Below, in pieces: positions 28,765 through 38,310 of a stretch of DNA of 64,000 bases (position 1 is its first letter; each line of letters starts with the position of its first letter). The position numbers and the translations under genes are program-made. The DNA is from Deltaproteobacteria bacterium (GTDB lineage Bacteria > Myxococcota_A > Polyangia > JAAYKL01): positions 12,759 to 76,758 of the forward strand of contig JAKQNG010000197.1 in assembly GCA_029565915.1 (NCBI GenBank). Reading direction: 5' to 3'. Below the pieces are notes generated by a model. The model ran no database searches, had not been told where the DNA came from, and worked only from the letters and a program-made list of their open reading frames with translations.

Positions 28765-30684
28765 TCATGGCCGGGTTTCCGGTTGTACCGGATGAGTGGA
28801 CACGCGCGCCCAGGCCGTGACGATGTCTTCCTGGGTGAGAAGGGCTGTCAACCGGGCTTCGCTGTTCACGACGGGAATCTGGCGGATACCGTTGGCGGCC
28901 AGCAGCTCCACCGCAGCGCGCAGGTCGTTTCCTTCAAACACAGCGACCGGTGGCTGCATGACATCCGACGCGATAATCCACGGCAGAAAATCCCGGTTGG
29001 AGGACGCGGTGGCCACCGACGACCAGCTGATGATGCCGCGGATGGTGCCGTCCCCCTTCACCACGGGAAAGATTTCCTGGTCGGGATGGGCACGGCATTC
29101 CGCAGTGATGTGCTCAATGGGATCGGATGGCTGGAAGCGGGCGAAGGATCGATTTTTCAATGCCGCTTCTTCCACGGGAATGGTTTTCAGCAGATCCGTC
29201 GTCCGATCCGGTCGCCGCACCGGAGAGTGGATGTGATCGCTTTCCTGAGCTTCATACAGGGATCGATTGCGCAGGACGACAAAGGCAATGCCCTGGGCGA
29301 GCATCAGCGGAACCAGCAGATCGTAGCTGCCGGCGAGTTCGCAGACGAGGATGACCGCGGCCAGGGGCACGTGGGCCAGTCCGCCATAAAAAGCGCCCAT
29401 GCCCACCAGTGCAAAGGCACCCGGATCGATGGCCGGATCGGCGAACAGAATCCGGGCCGTCTGTCCGAAAGCGCCTCCCACCAGCCCGCCGATGGCCAGG
29501 GAAGGGGCAAAGTCGCCCGCACTGCCGCCGGAGCCGATGGTGAAGGAGGTGGCGACCATTTTTGCAAAGGCGATGACCGACAGCAGCAGCACCGCGTGCC
29601 AGCCGTCCGGCAGCCAGGAAACCCCGGAGATGGCCATCTGGACCGCGCCATATCCACCGCCCAGCAGGCCGATTCCCTGTCCCGGAATGTGAACGAAGTT
29701 GCCGACCAGCAGGATGATGGGTACAGACAGTAGTCCAAGCGCCAGTCCACCGATGCCAGGACGGATCCAGACCGGGCCGGGCAGCTTTGTAAATGCCGTG
29801 CGGATCAGGCGGAAGACGCCGAGGAACAAGGTAGCCGCAGCGGCCACGACCACCGCCAGCAGCGCGTAGAGTGGCAGATGCGCGGGGAGAAACGGAAAAT
29901 GGCCGTCGTGGGCGAACAGGGTGCTCTCGCCGGTGATGGATACCGCAAGGGAGTAGGACACCACGCTCGCAAACACCGAGGGAATGAGCGCGTCCGATTC
30001 GAATCCGTCCCGGTAGAGCACCTCCACGGCCAGGAGGGCGGCACCGAGGGGCGTCTTGAATACGGCGGAAATGCCGGCCGCGATGCCTGCCACCAGCAGG
30101 ATGCGCCGTTCCCGCGCGGTTAACTGCAGGAGCTGTCCGGTGAGGGAACCCAGTGCACCGCCGATGTACATGGTCGGGCCCTCCCGTCCGCCGGAGCCGC
30201 CGGTGCCCAGCGTCAGCAGGGAGGCCAGTGCCTTGATGCCGATGACGCGCTTGCGCATGGTGCCGCTCTGATGGTGGAAGGAGGTGATGATGGCATCGGT
30301 GCCGCCGCCGCGCACCTCAACCGCGTAGCGACTGATCAGACCGCAGATGAGACCGCCGATGGCGGGCAGGATCGCCAGCAGCCAGGGGCGAAAATCCCTG
30401 ACCCCAACTGATGCCGGAGATGGCTCTCCGTGGGCCCGCAACACCGTGTATCCGGCTGCCTGTTCCAACAGGAGCCACTGCAGGAGTTCCAGCAGGTAAA
30501 AGAACGCGACTCCCGCGAGGCCGGCTGCGAGGCCCACGAGGCTGGCGTGTAACAGCATGCGCGACACAATGCGCAGATCGATGGACGAATGGGTGGACGG
30601 GAAGAATGGCAGCAGCCGTCCCGGCGAAGGGATGGGCTGGCGCCAGCGATCGACCGTTTCCCTGATCAGGGTCCGCCACGTCAT
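28765..30684 (-). CDS. CLC-family chloride channel/transporter with tandem CBS domains
   Basis: GGGTD, GSGGREGP, FKTPLGAAL, GGSAGDFAP, RSLY; CBS pair at the C-terminus. Start at 30684 is uncertain. Confidence 0.92.
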   Translation of the reverse strand: MTWRTLIRETVDRWRQPIPSPGRLLPFFPSTHSSIDLRIVSRMLLHASLVGLAAGLAGVAFFYLLELLQWLLLEQAAGYTVLRAHGEPSPASVGVRDFRPWLLAILPAIGGLICGLISRYAVEVRGGGTDAIITSFHHQSGTMRKRVIGIKALASLLTLGTGGSGGREGPTMYIGGALGSLTGQLLQLTARERRILLVAGIAAGISAVFKTPLGAALLAVEVLYRDGFESDALIPSVFASVVSYSLAVSITGESTLFAHDGHFPFLPAHLPLYALLAVVVAAAATLFLGVFRLIRTAFTKLPGPVWIRPGIGGLALGLLSVPIILLVGNFVHIPGQGIGLLGGGYGAVQMAISGVSWLPDGWHAVLLLSVIAFAKMVATSFTIGSGGSAGDFAPSLAIGGLVGGAFGQTARILFADPAIDPGAFALVGMGAFYGGLAHVPLAAVILVCELAGSYDLLVPLMLAQGIAFVVLRNRSLYEAQESDHIHSPVRRPDRTTDLLKTIPVEEAALKNRSFARFQPSDPIEHITAECRAHPDQEIFPVVKGDGTIRGIISWSSVATASSNRDFLPWIIASDVMQPPVAVFEGNDLRAAVELLAANGIRQIPVVNSEARLTALLTQEDIVTAWARVSTHPVQPETRP

Positions 30685-30803
30685 GGAAGGAGGCCTACCA
30701 CGAATGCGCCGTCGCCAGAAGATGAACCCGGCGAAAAACGGTGGTAGGCTCACAAACATCCGATGGGAGGACAAAGGCAGGCCCTCCTGTCGCATGAAGT
30801 GGG

Positions 30804-31481
30804 ATGAAGAAAAGAAACAGGAAGAAAACGAAACCGGGAAAGGCAGCGGTGTTTACCAACACACCGTTCCGTATGCTGCAGCAGAAAAAAAACGCCATCC
30901 CTGCCGCATCCCCCGTGATGCCTGTTCCCGAAGCGCCGGCGCCGGAATCCGCTGGTTCCCCCGACGAGGAGGCCCTGCGCGCGATGATGGACGGGGCCGC
31001 TCCCATCGATCATCGGCTGGTCCGGCCTGAACCGCAAATCGCAGAACCCCGCATTGTGGACGATCAGGAATGGGTCATTCAGGAACTGGACGACCTGGTG
31101 AACGGCCGCACCGTGTTCGACATCGCCGACACGGACGAGTACATCGAGGCGTCGGTGCAGGGCCTCGACCAGCGCATTGTGAAGAAGCTGCGGCGCGGTG
31201 ACTATTCATTTCAGTCCCACCTCGATCTCCACGGGTTCACCCGGGTGGAAGCCCGGGCAAGGGTGGCGGCATTCATCGACGACGCCCACCGGAGAGGGCT
31301 GCGCTGTGTGCTGATTGTCCACGGACGGGGCCTCGGTTCGAAAGACCACATGCCCGTGCTGAAGGAGAAGCTGCGCGCATGGTTGACCCGGGGCGCTCTG
31401 GGAAGAAAGGTGCTCGCCTTCACGTCCGCGCGTCCGTATGACGGGGGCACCGGTGCGGTATACGTCCTGTTGCGGGGATAA
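30804..31481 (+). CDS. Smr/MutS2-domain protein
   Basis: KLRRG...LDLHG..A..FI...VLIVHGRG.GS...LK..L..WL...GGTGAVYVLL. Confidence 0.93.
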   Translation: MKKRNRKKTKPGKAAVFTNTPFRMLQQKKNAIPAASPVMPVPEAPAPESAGSPDEEALRAMMDGAAPIDHRLVRPEPQIAEPRIVDDQEWVIQELDDLVNGRTVFDIADTDEYIEASVQGLDQRIVKKLRRGDYSFQSHLDLHGFTRVEARARVAAFIDDAHRRGLRCVLIVHGRGLGSKDHMPVLKEKLRAWLTRGALGRKVLAFTSARPYDGGTGAVYVLLRG

Positions 31482-33320
31482 TCAGCCGGTGATGACGATG
31501 CGGGTACCCGGATTGGCGGCAGTCGAAATCACGCCGTGGTTGCCCGCCGGAACGTGGGGTCCGGTCCAGAAGAACAGCCGCCGCGCGTCCGTTGGAGACA
31601 GGTTGATACATCCGTGGGAGCGCACCCGGCCGAAGCGATCGTGCCAGAAGGCGGCGTGGAGCGCATATCCTTCCTTAAAATACTGGGTCCAGGGCACGTC
31701 TTCGATAGAATAGGCCTCGTCTCCGGCCTCCGGGTCGTCCATGGTGATGGTGACGTGCTTGTTGTAGATGCGGAATTCTCCCGTGGGCGTTTCGAAATCC
31801 CGTTTGCCCGTTGCCACCAGCGTGGCAAATACGGGGGTCGGGCCTTCATAGGCGACGAGCACCTGCTGCTTCAGGTCCACGTGGATCCAGCGCTCGTTTT
31901 CGGCCAGGTCGGCGGGAGGGTCCACCATGGCGGCCACGGCGGCTACCCGGCTGTTCACAAACCGGTTGTCGCCAATCTGCAGGTAGGTGGCATTGCCCTT
32001 CTGCAGTTCCCCGAGCAGGGGAAACACATCGTAGCGGTTCAGTGCCTCCGCGCTTTTCAACGGTCCATCCGCCTTTTCCCGGTGCAGGCTTTTTGAACCG
32101 CTGCCCACGACGAACACCAGGGGAAGCTGTGTCTTTCCGCCGATCAGGCGCCCTTCAAATGTGGATGCCGTGGCGGGATAGAGTTCGTCCGCGTTCACGT
32201 AACGCCCTCTGACGGTCTTGAAGAAATCGGTTCCATCCTCGGCCCGTATCCGGTCCACGGTGCTCACGTAGTAGCCCTTTGCCATGCGCATGTGGACATA
32301 GGGCGGCAGTGCGAAAGGGTCCGCGATGTCGCTGTCGGCCGCCGGCAGGTCCGTCGGTCCGCTGTCCTGTGCAACGGGCGTTGCGCCATCCCGATCCGCC
32401 GCCGGTGCTGGTGCGTCATCTGCGGGCGAAGGAGGCGCTTCATTCTCCGCCGTCAGTGCCGCGGCCATGACCTGTTTGAGGGCCGCTTCATCGTAGGCCG
32501 GGTCCGACGCGGCATCGGGTTCTGCCGGAGGTGATTCCGGGGCTGGCGCGGCGGCCGCGTCCCGGCGATCGATGGCATCGAGAACCGCCTGTGCCGCTGC
32601 GATTTCTTCCGCACTCGGGATTTTCCAGTATTCCACCACGCCGTCCCGTTTCGTGTAGCGGTAGCTGTAGGGCAACGGTTCGTTCAGCGCCGGCGGTGGT
32701 GGCGCCGGTTCATAGGACACCGGCTCCCGTCCCACGTGCACACCGGCACCATCACATACGAATCCGCCACCGGCGACCTCATGCCATCCGCGGCTGCAAT
32801 CTTTCTTCGATACCCGCTCGCTCACCCGGAAGGTGGCGCCTCGTCTCGCATAGGCCAGCACACCGGACGCCCGATCGGGCGCTTCCTTGATCTGGGTGTG
32901 AAACTGATAGGCGACCGCGTACAGGGGAAAGCGATCCGGTTCGTTGCCCGTGTCGGCGTCCAGGTGGCCGCCCGCTTCTGCGATGCTCGGTCCGTCGTCC
33001 ACGGTGCCTGTTGTCTGCGGTTCTGCCGCCGCGGGGGAATCTTCCGCCTTCAGCAGGCTGGATTCGTTGACGATGGTAGGGTCGACGGGCTCTTTGCCCG
33101 TGTCCACCCGGACGGCAGAGACCGGCGGATCGCCCGTGTCCATCTTCTGTTCATCGCTGTCAAAACACTGCCAGACGCCCAAAGCGCCCAAAACGATGAT
33201 GATGGCCGTGATCAGTGTGCCCCGCAGTCGGGAAGCGCCCCCCGATCCATTCCGCGGTTCCTTCTTCCTGTTCTGCGTCGTTCGCCGGACGCCGGTGCCC
33301 ACCCGTCTGTTGGCTGCCAT
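31482..33320 (-). CDS. L,D-transpeptidase (YkuD) family membrane-anchored protein
   Basis: N-terminal TM; WIHVDL..Q.LVAYEG, TPTGEF, ALHAAFWH..FG...SHGCINL. Start approximate. Confidence 0.9.
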   Translation of the reverse strand: MAANRRVGTGVRRTTQNRKKEPRNGSGGASRLRGTLITAIIIVLGALGVWQCFDSDEQKMDTGDPPVSAVRVDTGKEPVDPTIVNESSLLKAEDSPAAAEPQTTGTVDDGPSIAEAGGHLDADTGNEPDRFPLYAVAYQFHTQIKEAPDRASGVLAYARRGATFRVSERVSKKDCSRGWHEVAGGGFVCDGAGVHVGREPVSYEPAPPPPALNEPLPYSYRYTKRDGVVEYWKIPSAEEIAAAQAVLDAIDRRDAAAAPAPESPPAEPDAASDPAYDEAALKQVMAAALTAENEAPPSPADDAPAPAADRDGATPVAQDSGPTDLPAADSDIADPFALPPYVHMRMAKGYYVSTVDRIRAEDGTDFFKTVRGRYVNADELYPATASTFEGRLIGGKTQLPLVFVVGSGSKSLHREKADGPLKSAEALNRYDVFPLLGELQKGNATYLQIGDNRFVNSRVAAVAAMVDPPADLAENERWIHVDLKQQVLVAYEGPTPVFATLVATGKRDFETPTGEFRIYNKHVTITMDDPEAGDEAYSIEDVPWTQYFKEGYALHAAFWHDRFGRVRSHGCINLSPTDARRLFFWTGPHVPAGNHGVISTAANPGTRIVITG

Positions 33321-33420
33321 GAACCCTTTCCTCCTCAAGCCATTTCTGACATCCAATATTTGTCGCGACAATGTCCAGAAAACGGCCTGATTTTTCAACG
33401 CGGGAGGGAGGGGCAGAATT

Positions 33421-33741
33421 TCAGCGGTCCGCCGGGACGTCGGAGGGGTCTCCAGTGCCGGCTTCGTCGTCGGTTGCGACGGCGTCATCGGGAGGAACGG
33501 AGGCTTTCTGCAGTGACCGGTATTCCTCCAGCAACTGCCTGCCCCGTTCGAGATGGACGTCGAGGATGCGGAAGATCACCGGGTTCACCGACCCGGGCAT
33601 GAGTCCGGAGAGTATTCCCGCGCCGGATCGGTTGATCACTTCGTAGTCCACCTCGCCGTCCTCCAGAAAGGCACCAAACAGATCGGCCTCAATCGGATCG
33701 GCGATGCGGACCAGCTCCACGAACTGCTCTTCTCGTGCCAT
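33421..33741 (-). CDS. DUF2007 (putative signal-transducing) protein
   Basis: DPIEADLFGAFLEDGEV..; GGAGG RBS; overlaps the region upstream of the LD-transpeptidase. Confidence 0.7.
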   Translation of the reverse strand: MAREEQFVELVRIADPIEADLFGAFLEDGEVDYEVINRSGAGILSGLMPGSVNPVIFRILDVHLERGRQLLEEYRSLQKASVPPDDAVATDDEAGTGDPSDVPADR

Positions 33742-33887
33742 GTTTCACCTCCGGATGAATGGTTGCGGGCTCAGTTGAAAATGTAGCGCACGAAACGCGC
33801 TGGCGCCACCCGTCGGATGGACCGTTTTCGTCCGGCCACTTTTCTGCAGCGGTTCCGGGCAGAAAAAAACCGTGGTAAACTCGTTCC

Positions 33888-34997
33888 ATGGATGCGGATC
33901 GGCGCCGACTATTGCAGCTGCTGACAGCCACCTGTGCGGTCTGTCCGTTGGCGGCAGCGGGCATTCTGCGGGCGGAGGATGGCGATGGTGCGGTGGCCGC
34001 GGAATTCTGGAGCGAAGCCGGTGAGCAGAAGGTGACGTGCGCCCTGTGTCCGCGGAAATGTACGGTGGCCGATCTGGAAAGGGGCACCTGCGGCGTGCGG
34101 GAGAATCGCGGCGGAAAATACTACACGCTGGTCCATTCCAGCGTGTGCGCGATGAACAACGACCCCATCGAAAAAAAGCCCCTGTTTCATTTCCGGCCCG
34201 GCAGCATGGCGTTTTCCATTGCGACGGCGGGTTGCAACATGGAATGCCGCTTCTGCCAGAACTGGGAGATCAGCCAGTTCCGGCCCGAGCAGGTGACGAG
34301 TCGGCGCCTGACCCCGGCGGAGGTGGTGGCGGAGGCAGGGCAGGCGGGGAGTCGCGCCATCGCGTTTACCTATTCGGAGCCCGTCGTGGCCTGGGAATAC
34401 GTGCGGGACGTCTGCGCAGCGGCGCAGGACACGGGAATCGGCCGGGTGATGATTTCCAACGGCTACATCGAGAAGGAACCCATGCGCAGGCTGCTGCCCC
34501 TGCTGGACGCGGTGAAAATCGATTTCAAGGCGTTCAGCGAGTCCTTCTACCGGGAGTTATGCTCGGCCCGGTTGCGACCGGTGCTCGACACGCTGCGGAC
34601 CATCCGGGCATCCGGCGTCTGGCTGGAAATCGTCGTGCTCCTCATCCCCACGTTGAACGATGATCGCAGGGAAATCCGGGCCATGTGTCGCTGGATCGTG
34701 CAGGAGCTGGGCCCTTCCGTACCGGTCCACTTCACGCGTTTCCATCCGTCCTACAAGCTCGTCAATCTGCCCCCCACGCCGGTGAATACACTGGAGGCCG
34801 CCCGGCAGATCGCAAAGGAGCAGGGCATTCGCCATGCCTATGCGGGCAACGTGCCCGGGCATCCCGCCGAAGATACGATCTGCCACGCCTGTGGCCATAC
34901 GCTGATCAAGCGCTACGGTTTTCAGATCCGGTTCAACCGGATGCGGGACGGCACCTGTCCATCCTGCGGCGAACCGGTCGCCGGCGTGTGGAACTGA
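33888..34997 (+). CDS. amrS: AmmeMemoRadiSam system radical SAM enzyme with Tat-like leader
   Basis: CALCPRKC, DPIEKKPLFHF.PG, GCNMECRFCQNWEISQ, AFTYSEP, HFTRFHP.YKL, Y.GNVPG, C-terminal CxxC pairs. Confidence 0.92.
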   Translation: MDADRRRLLQLLTATCAVCPLAAAGILRAEDGDGAVAAEFWSEAGEQKVTCALCPRKCTVADLERGTCGVRENRGGKYYTLVHSSVCAMNNDPIEKKPLFHFRPGSMAFSIATAGCNMECRFCQNWEISQFRPEQVTSRRLTPAEVVAEAGQAGSRAIAFTYSEPVVAWEYVRDVCAAAQDTGIGRVMISNGYIEKEPMRRLLPLLDAVKIDFKAFSESFYRELCSARLRPVLDTLRTIRASGVWLEIVVLLIPTLNDDRREIRAMCRWIVQELGPSVPVHFTRFHPSYKLVNLPPTPVNTLEAARQIAKEQGIRHAYAGNVPGHPAEDTICHACGHTLIKRYGFQIRFNRMRDGTCPSCGEPVAGVWN

Positions 34998-35168
34998 TCG
35001 GTTCGCCGGATCTGTAAAAGTCAGGTTCCGGGTGGATTTTTCAGTGTTTTTCCGGTATGGAAGAAAACCTGTGATGGACGATTTCCGTCCAATCCACCGG
35101 TCAGGGCGCCGGAGGAGAAACGCTTCCGGACCGATTCCGGGAGCCCCATTCGCAAGGAGATGAAGAGG

Positions 35169-35390
35169 ATGGCAATTGAAGTTGTTGCTCCCATGGTCGG
35201 CAAGGTGGTCAGAATCGTTGCGGAGCCTGGGCAGTCAGTGTCCGAAGACGATCCCATTGTGATGATTGAAGCCATGAAAGTGGAAATGCCCGTATCCGCG
35301 CCCGAGGACGGAAAGGTCGCGGAACTCCGGGTGGCGGTCGGCGACACGGTGGAAGGCGGACAGGTCCTCGCCATTCTCGAAGAGGCCTGA
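35169..35390 (+). CDS. Stand-alone biotin/lipoyl attachment (biotin carboxyl carrier) protein
   Basis: VVAPMVGKV...IEAMKVEMPV.AP..GKV....V..GDTV..GQVL. Confidence 0.9.
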   Translation: MAIEVVAPMVGKVVRIVAEPGQSVSEDDPIVMIEAMKVEMPVSAPEDGKVAELRVAVGDTVEGGQVLAILEEA

Positions 35391-35442
35391 CCGTCGAACC
35401 GCGCCGGTTGGTCCGACGCCGTTGACAAACCATCGTTCTGCC

Positions 35443-36555
35443 ATGCCCCCCATTGCCAGAATACGCCTTGCGAGCCCGCCATCGGATGAGCGGATTCACG
35501 AGCGCGTGCGGCGCGTGATTGACAGCGGCCAGCTGGTGGCTGGGCCTGCTGTGGCCGAATTCGAAGAGCGGTTGTGCGCGGTCTCGGGCCGTCGTCATGC
35601 GGTGGCGGTGTCGTCGGGAACCGCGGCGCTGATGGCTGCCATGGCTGCCATGGGTATCGGACAGGGCAGCGTGGTGCTGGTGCCCGCGTTGACCTTTCCC
35701 GCTCCCGCCATGGCCGCGGCCTTTCTGGGCGCCACCGTGCGCCTGTGCGACGTCGACCGGGACACCTTCAACATCAGTGTCGACACGCTGGAAGCCGGTT
35801 TGCGCGAGGATGTATCGCTGGTGATCGCCATCGACCAGTTCGGGGCCCCTGCCCCCTGTGCAGCCATCGAAGCGCGCTGCGCGGCGGCGGGCATTCCCGT
35901 GCTGGTGGATGCGGCCTGTTCCATCGGTTCGTCCCTCGGCGGCCGTCCCTGCGGCAGCTTCGGACAGGCGGCGATTTACAGTTTCCATCCGCGTAAAATC
36001 ATCACCACCGGGGAAGGGGGCGCGGTGCTGACGGACGACCCGTTGCTGGCCCGCGCGGTGCGCCACCTGCGCAATTTCGGCCTGGAGGACGGGCGGTTCG
36101 CGGGCATGGGCATCAACCTGCGCCCTTCGGAAATCGGCGCGGCCATGGGTCTTGTGCAACTGGATGATCTGGACCGGATCCTGGCGCAGCGGCGGATGCT
36201 GGCCGATATTTATCGGCAACTGCCCCTCCGCTTTCAGCGTCCCGTGGATGGCGCGTGGATGAACCACCAGACCATGGCGGCGATCATTCCCGGTATCGAC
36301 GAGGAGCGCCGCAACGGGTTGATGGCATTCCTGCGGGAAAACGGCGTCGAATCGCAGTTGGCGAGCTACTGCCTGTCCCGACTGGACGGCTTGAAGGAAA
36401 AATTTGATTTCTCCGATGACCGGGTTCCTGAAGCGCTGCAGATTTACAGGACGGGCATTTCGCTGCCCCTGCACGGTGCCCTGTCGCCGGATGACGTGCA
36501 GGAAGTGTCGCAGCTGGTTCTCCGCTTCATGGCGGACAACGGAGGGCATGCATGA
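35443..36555 (+). CDS. DegT/DnrJ/EryC1/StrS PLP-dependent sugar aminotransferase
   Basis: AVSSGTAAL, DAACSIG, SFHPRKIITTGEGG (PLP Lys), ISLPLH. Confidence 0.93.
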   Translation: MPPIARIRLASPPSDERIHERVRRVIDSGQLVAGPAVAEFEERLCAVSGRRHAVAVSSGTAALMAAMAAMGIGQGSVVLVPALTFPAPAMAAAFLGATVRLCDVDRDTFNISVDTLEAGLREDVSLVIAIDQFGAPAPCAAIEARCAAAGIPVLVDAACSIGSSLGGRPCGSFGQAAIYSFHPRKIITTGEGGAVLTDDPLLARAVRHLRNFGLEDGRFAGMGINLRPSEIGAAMGLVQLDDLDRILAQRRMLADIYRQLPLRFQRPVDGAWMNHQTMAAIIPGIDEERRNGLMAFLRENGVESQLASYCLSRLDGLKEKFDFSDDRVPEALQIYRTGISLPLHGALSPDDVQEVSQLVLRFMADNGGHA

Positions 36556-37310
36556 ATGAATCGACGGATGCGGTGCGGATTGACAACCTGACAAAGACCT
36601 TCCACATCGGTTTTTTCCGGCGGAAGGTGCAGGCCCTGCGCGGCGTGAGCTTTCACGTGAACAAAGGCGAAATCTTCGGCCTGCTGGGTCCCAACGGAGC
36701 GGGCAAGACGACCACCCTGAAAATCATGATGGGCCACATCTTTCCCGATTCGGGTACCGTGCAGCTGCTGGGTAAGGATGGCGGAACGCCCGCGTCGCGC
36801 AAGCGGATCGGCTATCTGCCGGAGAATGCCTATTTTCACGAATACCTCACGCCGGAGGAACTGCTGAAGTTCTACGGCGAGTTGTACGGAATGGCCCGGT
36901 CCGACATCCGGCGCCGCGCGGACGAACTCATCCACAAGGTCGGTCTGGCGGAGGCGGCGCGGCGGCCCCTGCGGAAGTTTTCCAAGGGGATGCTGCAGCG
37001 AATCGGGCTGGCCCAGGCACTGCTGCCGGATCCGGACCTGCTGGTGCTCGACGAACCCATGAGCGGTCTCGATCCGATTGGCCGCCGGTTCGTGGCGGAC
37101 CTGATTTCGGATCTGCACAAGGAAGGGAAGACGATCCTGTTTTCGTCGCATATCCTGTCGGATGTGGAGCGGCTCTGCGGTCGCGTAGTCATGCTGAACC
37201 GGGGCATCCGGGTGCACGAGGGAAGCCTGGCGGAACTGCTGCAGGGGGACGACCGGACCACCCGCACGCTGGAGGAAGTATTTGTGCAGAAGGCGATGGA
37301 GAAGGCCTGA
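36552..37310 (+). CDS. ABC transporter ATP-binding protein (PilH-like)
   Basis: GPNGAGKTT, FSKGMLQR, LDEPMSGLDP, SSHILSDVE; ATGA overlap with the aminotransferase. Confidence 0.92.
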   Translation: MNESTDAVRIDNLTKTFHIGFFRRKVQALRGVSFHVNKGEIFGLLGPNGAGKTTTLKIMMGHIFPDSGTVQLLGKDGGTPASRKRIGYLPENAYFHEYLTPEELLKFYGELYGMARSDIRRRADELIHKVGLAEAARRPLRKFSKGMLQRIGLAQALLPDPDLLVLDEPMSGLDPIGRRFVADLISDLHKEGKTILFSSHILSDVERLCGRVVMLNRGIRVHEGSLAELLQGDDRTTRTLEEVFVQKAMEKA

Positions 37311-37437
37311 ATCCGGCGGATTTCCGCACCGCTGGCCCTCGTTTGCCTGTTGACCACCCGGATGGCGCAGCATATAGTCCCCCGGTTTCAGGACGACCTG
37401 CTTCATCAGGTAGAAGATGCATAAGGAGTGATTGATC

Positions 37438-38310
37438 GTGGCACGTCTCAAGATTTCAAAAAAAGAAGATCGAAAAGATAACCTTGATCCGACCAAGGAT
37501 GAATTTGTCATGCGTTCCATGTCATTTCTGGACTGGGCCGTGGAGCGCCGGCGGCAGATCGGTGTCCTGCTGGGCCTTGGTCTGGCCGCATGGATCGGGG
37601 TCATCGTGTTCAACCATGTACGGGACACGCACAGCGAAAAGGTGTCGGGCCTTCTGGCGGAAGGGCTGGATGCGTCCTTTGCCCCCGTAATAACCGCATC
37701 CTGGGAAGAAGCGGGCCTTTCGGCGCCGCAGGACGAAAAGAGTGCGCTCACGTTCGGCACAAGAGATGCCCGGGCCCGGGAGACCATCAAGCGGTTTGAC
37801 CGGGTCATCGCGGAAGCGGGCAATTCGCCCCTTGCTTCCGTGTCGTCCTTCATCAAGGCCGGTGCCCTCATGGATCAGGGACGGGCGAAGGATGCCGTGG
37901 CGCTGTATGAGGCCTGCCTGAAAGACGATGCGCTGTCGTTCATGGCGGACAGCATCCGCATGGCGCTGGCAGTGGCACTGGAAGCGGCTGGTCGCGGGGA
38001 CGAGGCCATCCGGCAATACGAAATGCTGAGCGCCGGTAGTGGTCGCACGGCCCTCTGGGCCCGCTTCAATGCGGTGCGGCTCCGGATGGATGCCGGCAAG
38101 GATACCGCCGGGGCGGAAAAGTCGCTGACAGAGATTGTAAAATCCATCGCTTCTGCCGGAGAACCCGACCGGAACGACTATCTGTTTGTCCAGGCCCGGG
38201 CCCGGCTGCTGGCCATCAATCCCGATGCGGATGTGCCGGAGCTTCCCTCGGGACTCAATCCCCAGATTCTGCAGCAACTCCTTTCGGCCCGGCAAGGGGC
38301 CCTTCAGTGA
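37438..38310 (+). CDS. YfgM-like membrane-anchored TPR protein
   Basis: AAGGAG RBS; DEF..S...W then a single TM and TPR-like helices; directly upstream of the BamB-like gene. Confidence 0.72.
   Translation: MARLKISKKEDRKDNLDPTKDEFVMRSMSFLDWAVERRRQIGVLLGLGLAAWIGVIVFNHVRDTHSEKVSGLLAEGLDASFAPVITASWEEAGLSAPQDEKSALTFGTRDARARETIKRFDRVIAEAGNSPLASVSSFIKAGALMDQGRAKDAVALYEACLKDDALSFMADSIRMALAVALEAAGRGDEAIRQYEMLSAGSGRTALWARFNAVRLRMDAGKDTAGAEKSLTEIVKSIASAGEPDRNDYLFVQARARLLAINPDADVPELPSGLNPQILQQLLSARQGALQ

Noticed and set aside
30685..30803. Fluoride riboswitch / CLC-F exporter
   Set aside because: No GGCGATGG..CTGATG core, and the protein lacks the GNNLI/GREGT signatures.
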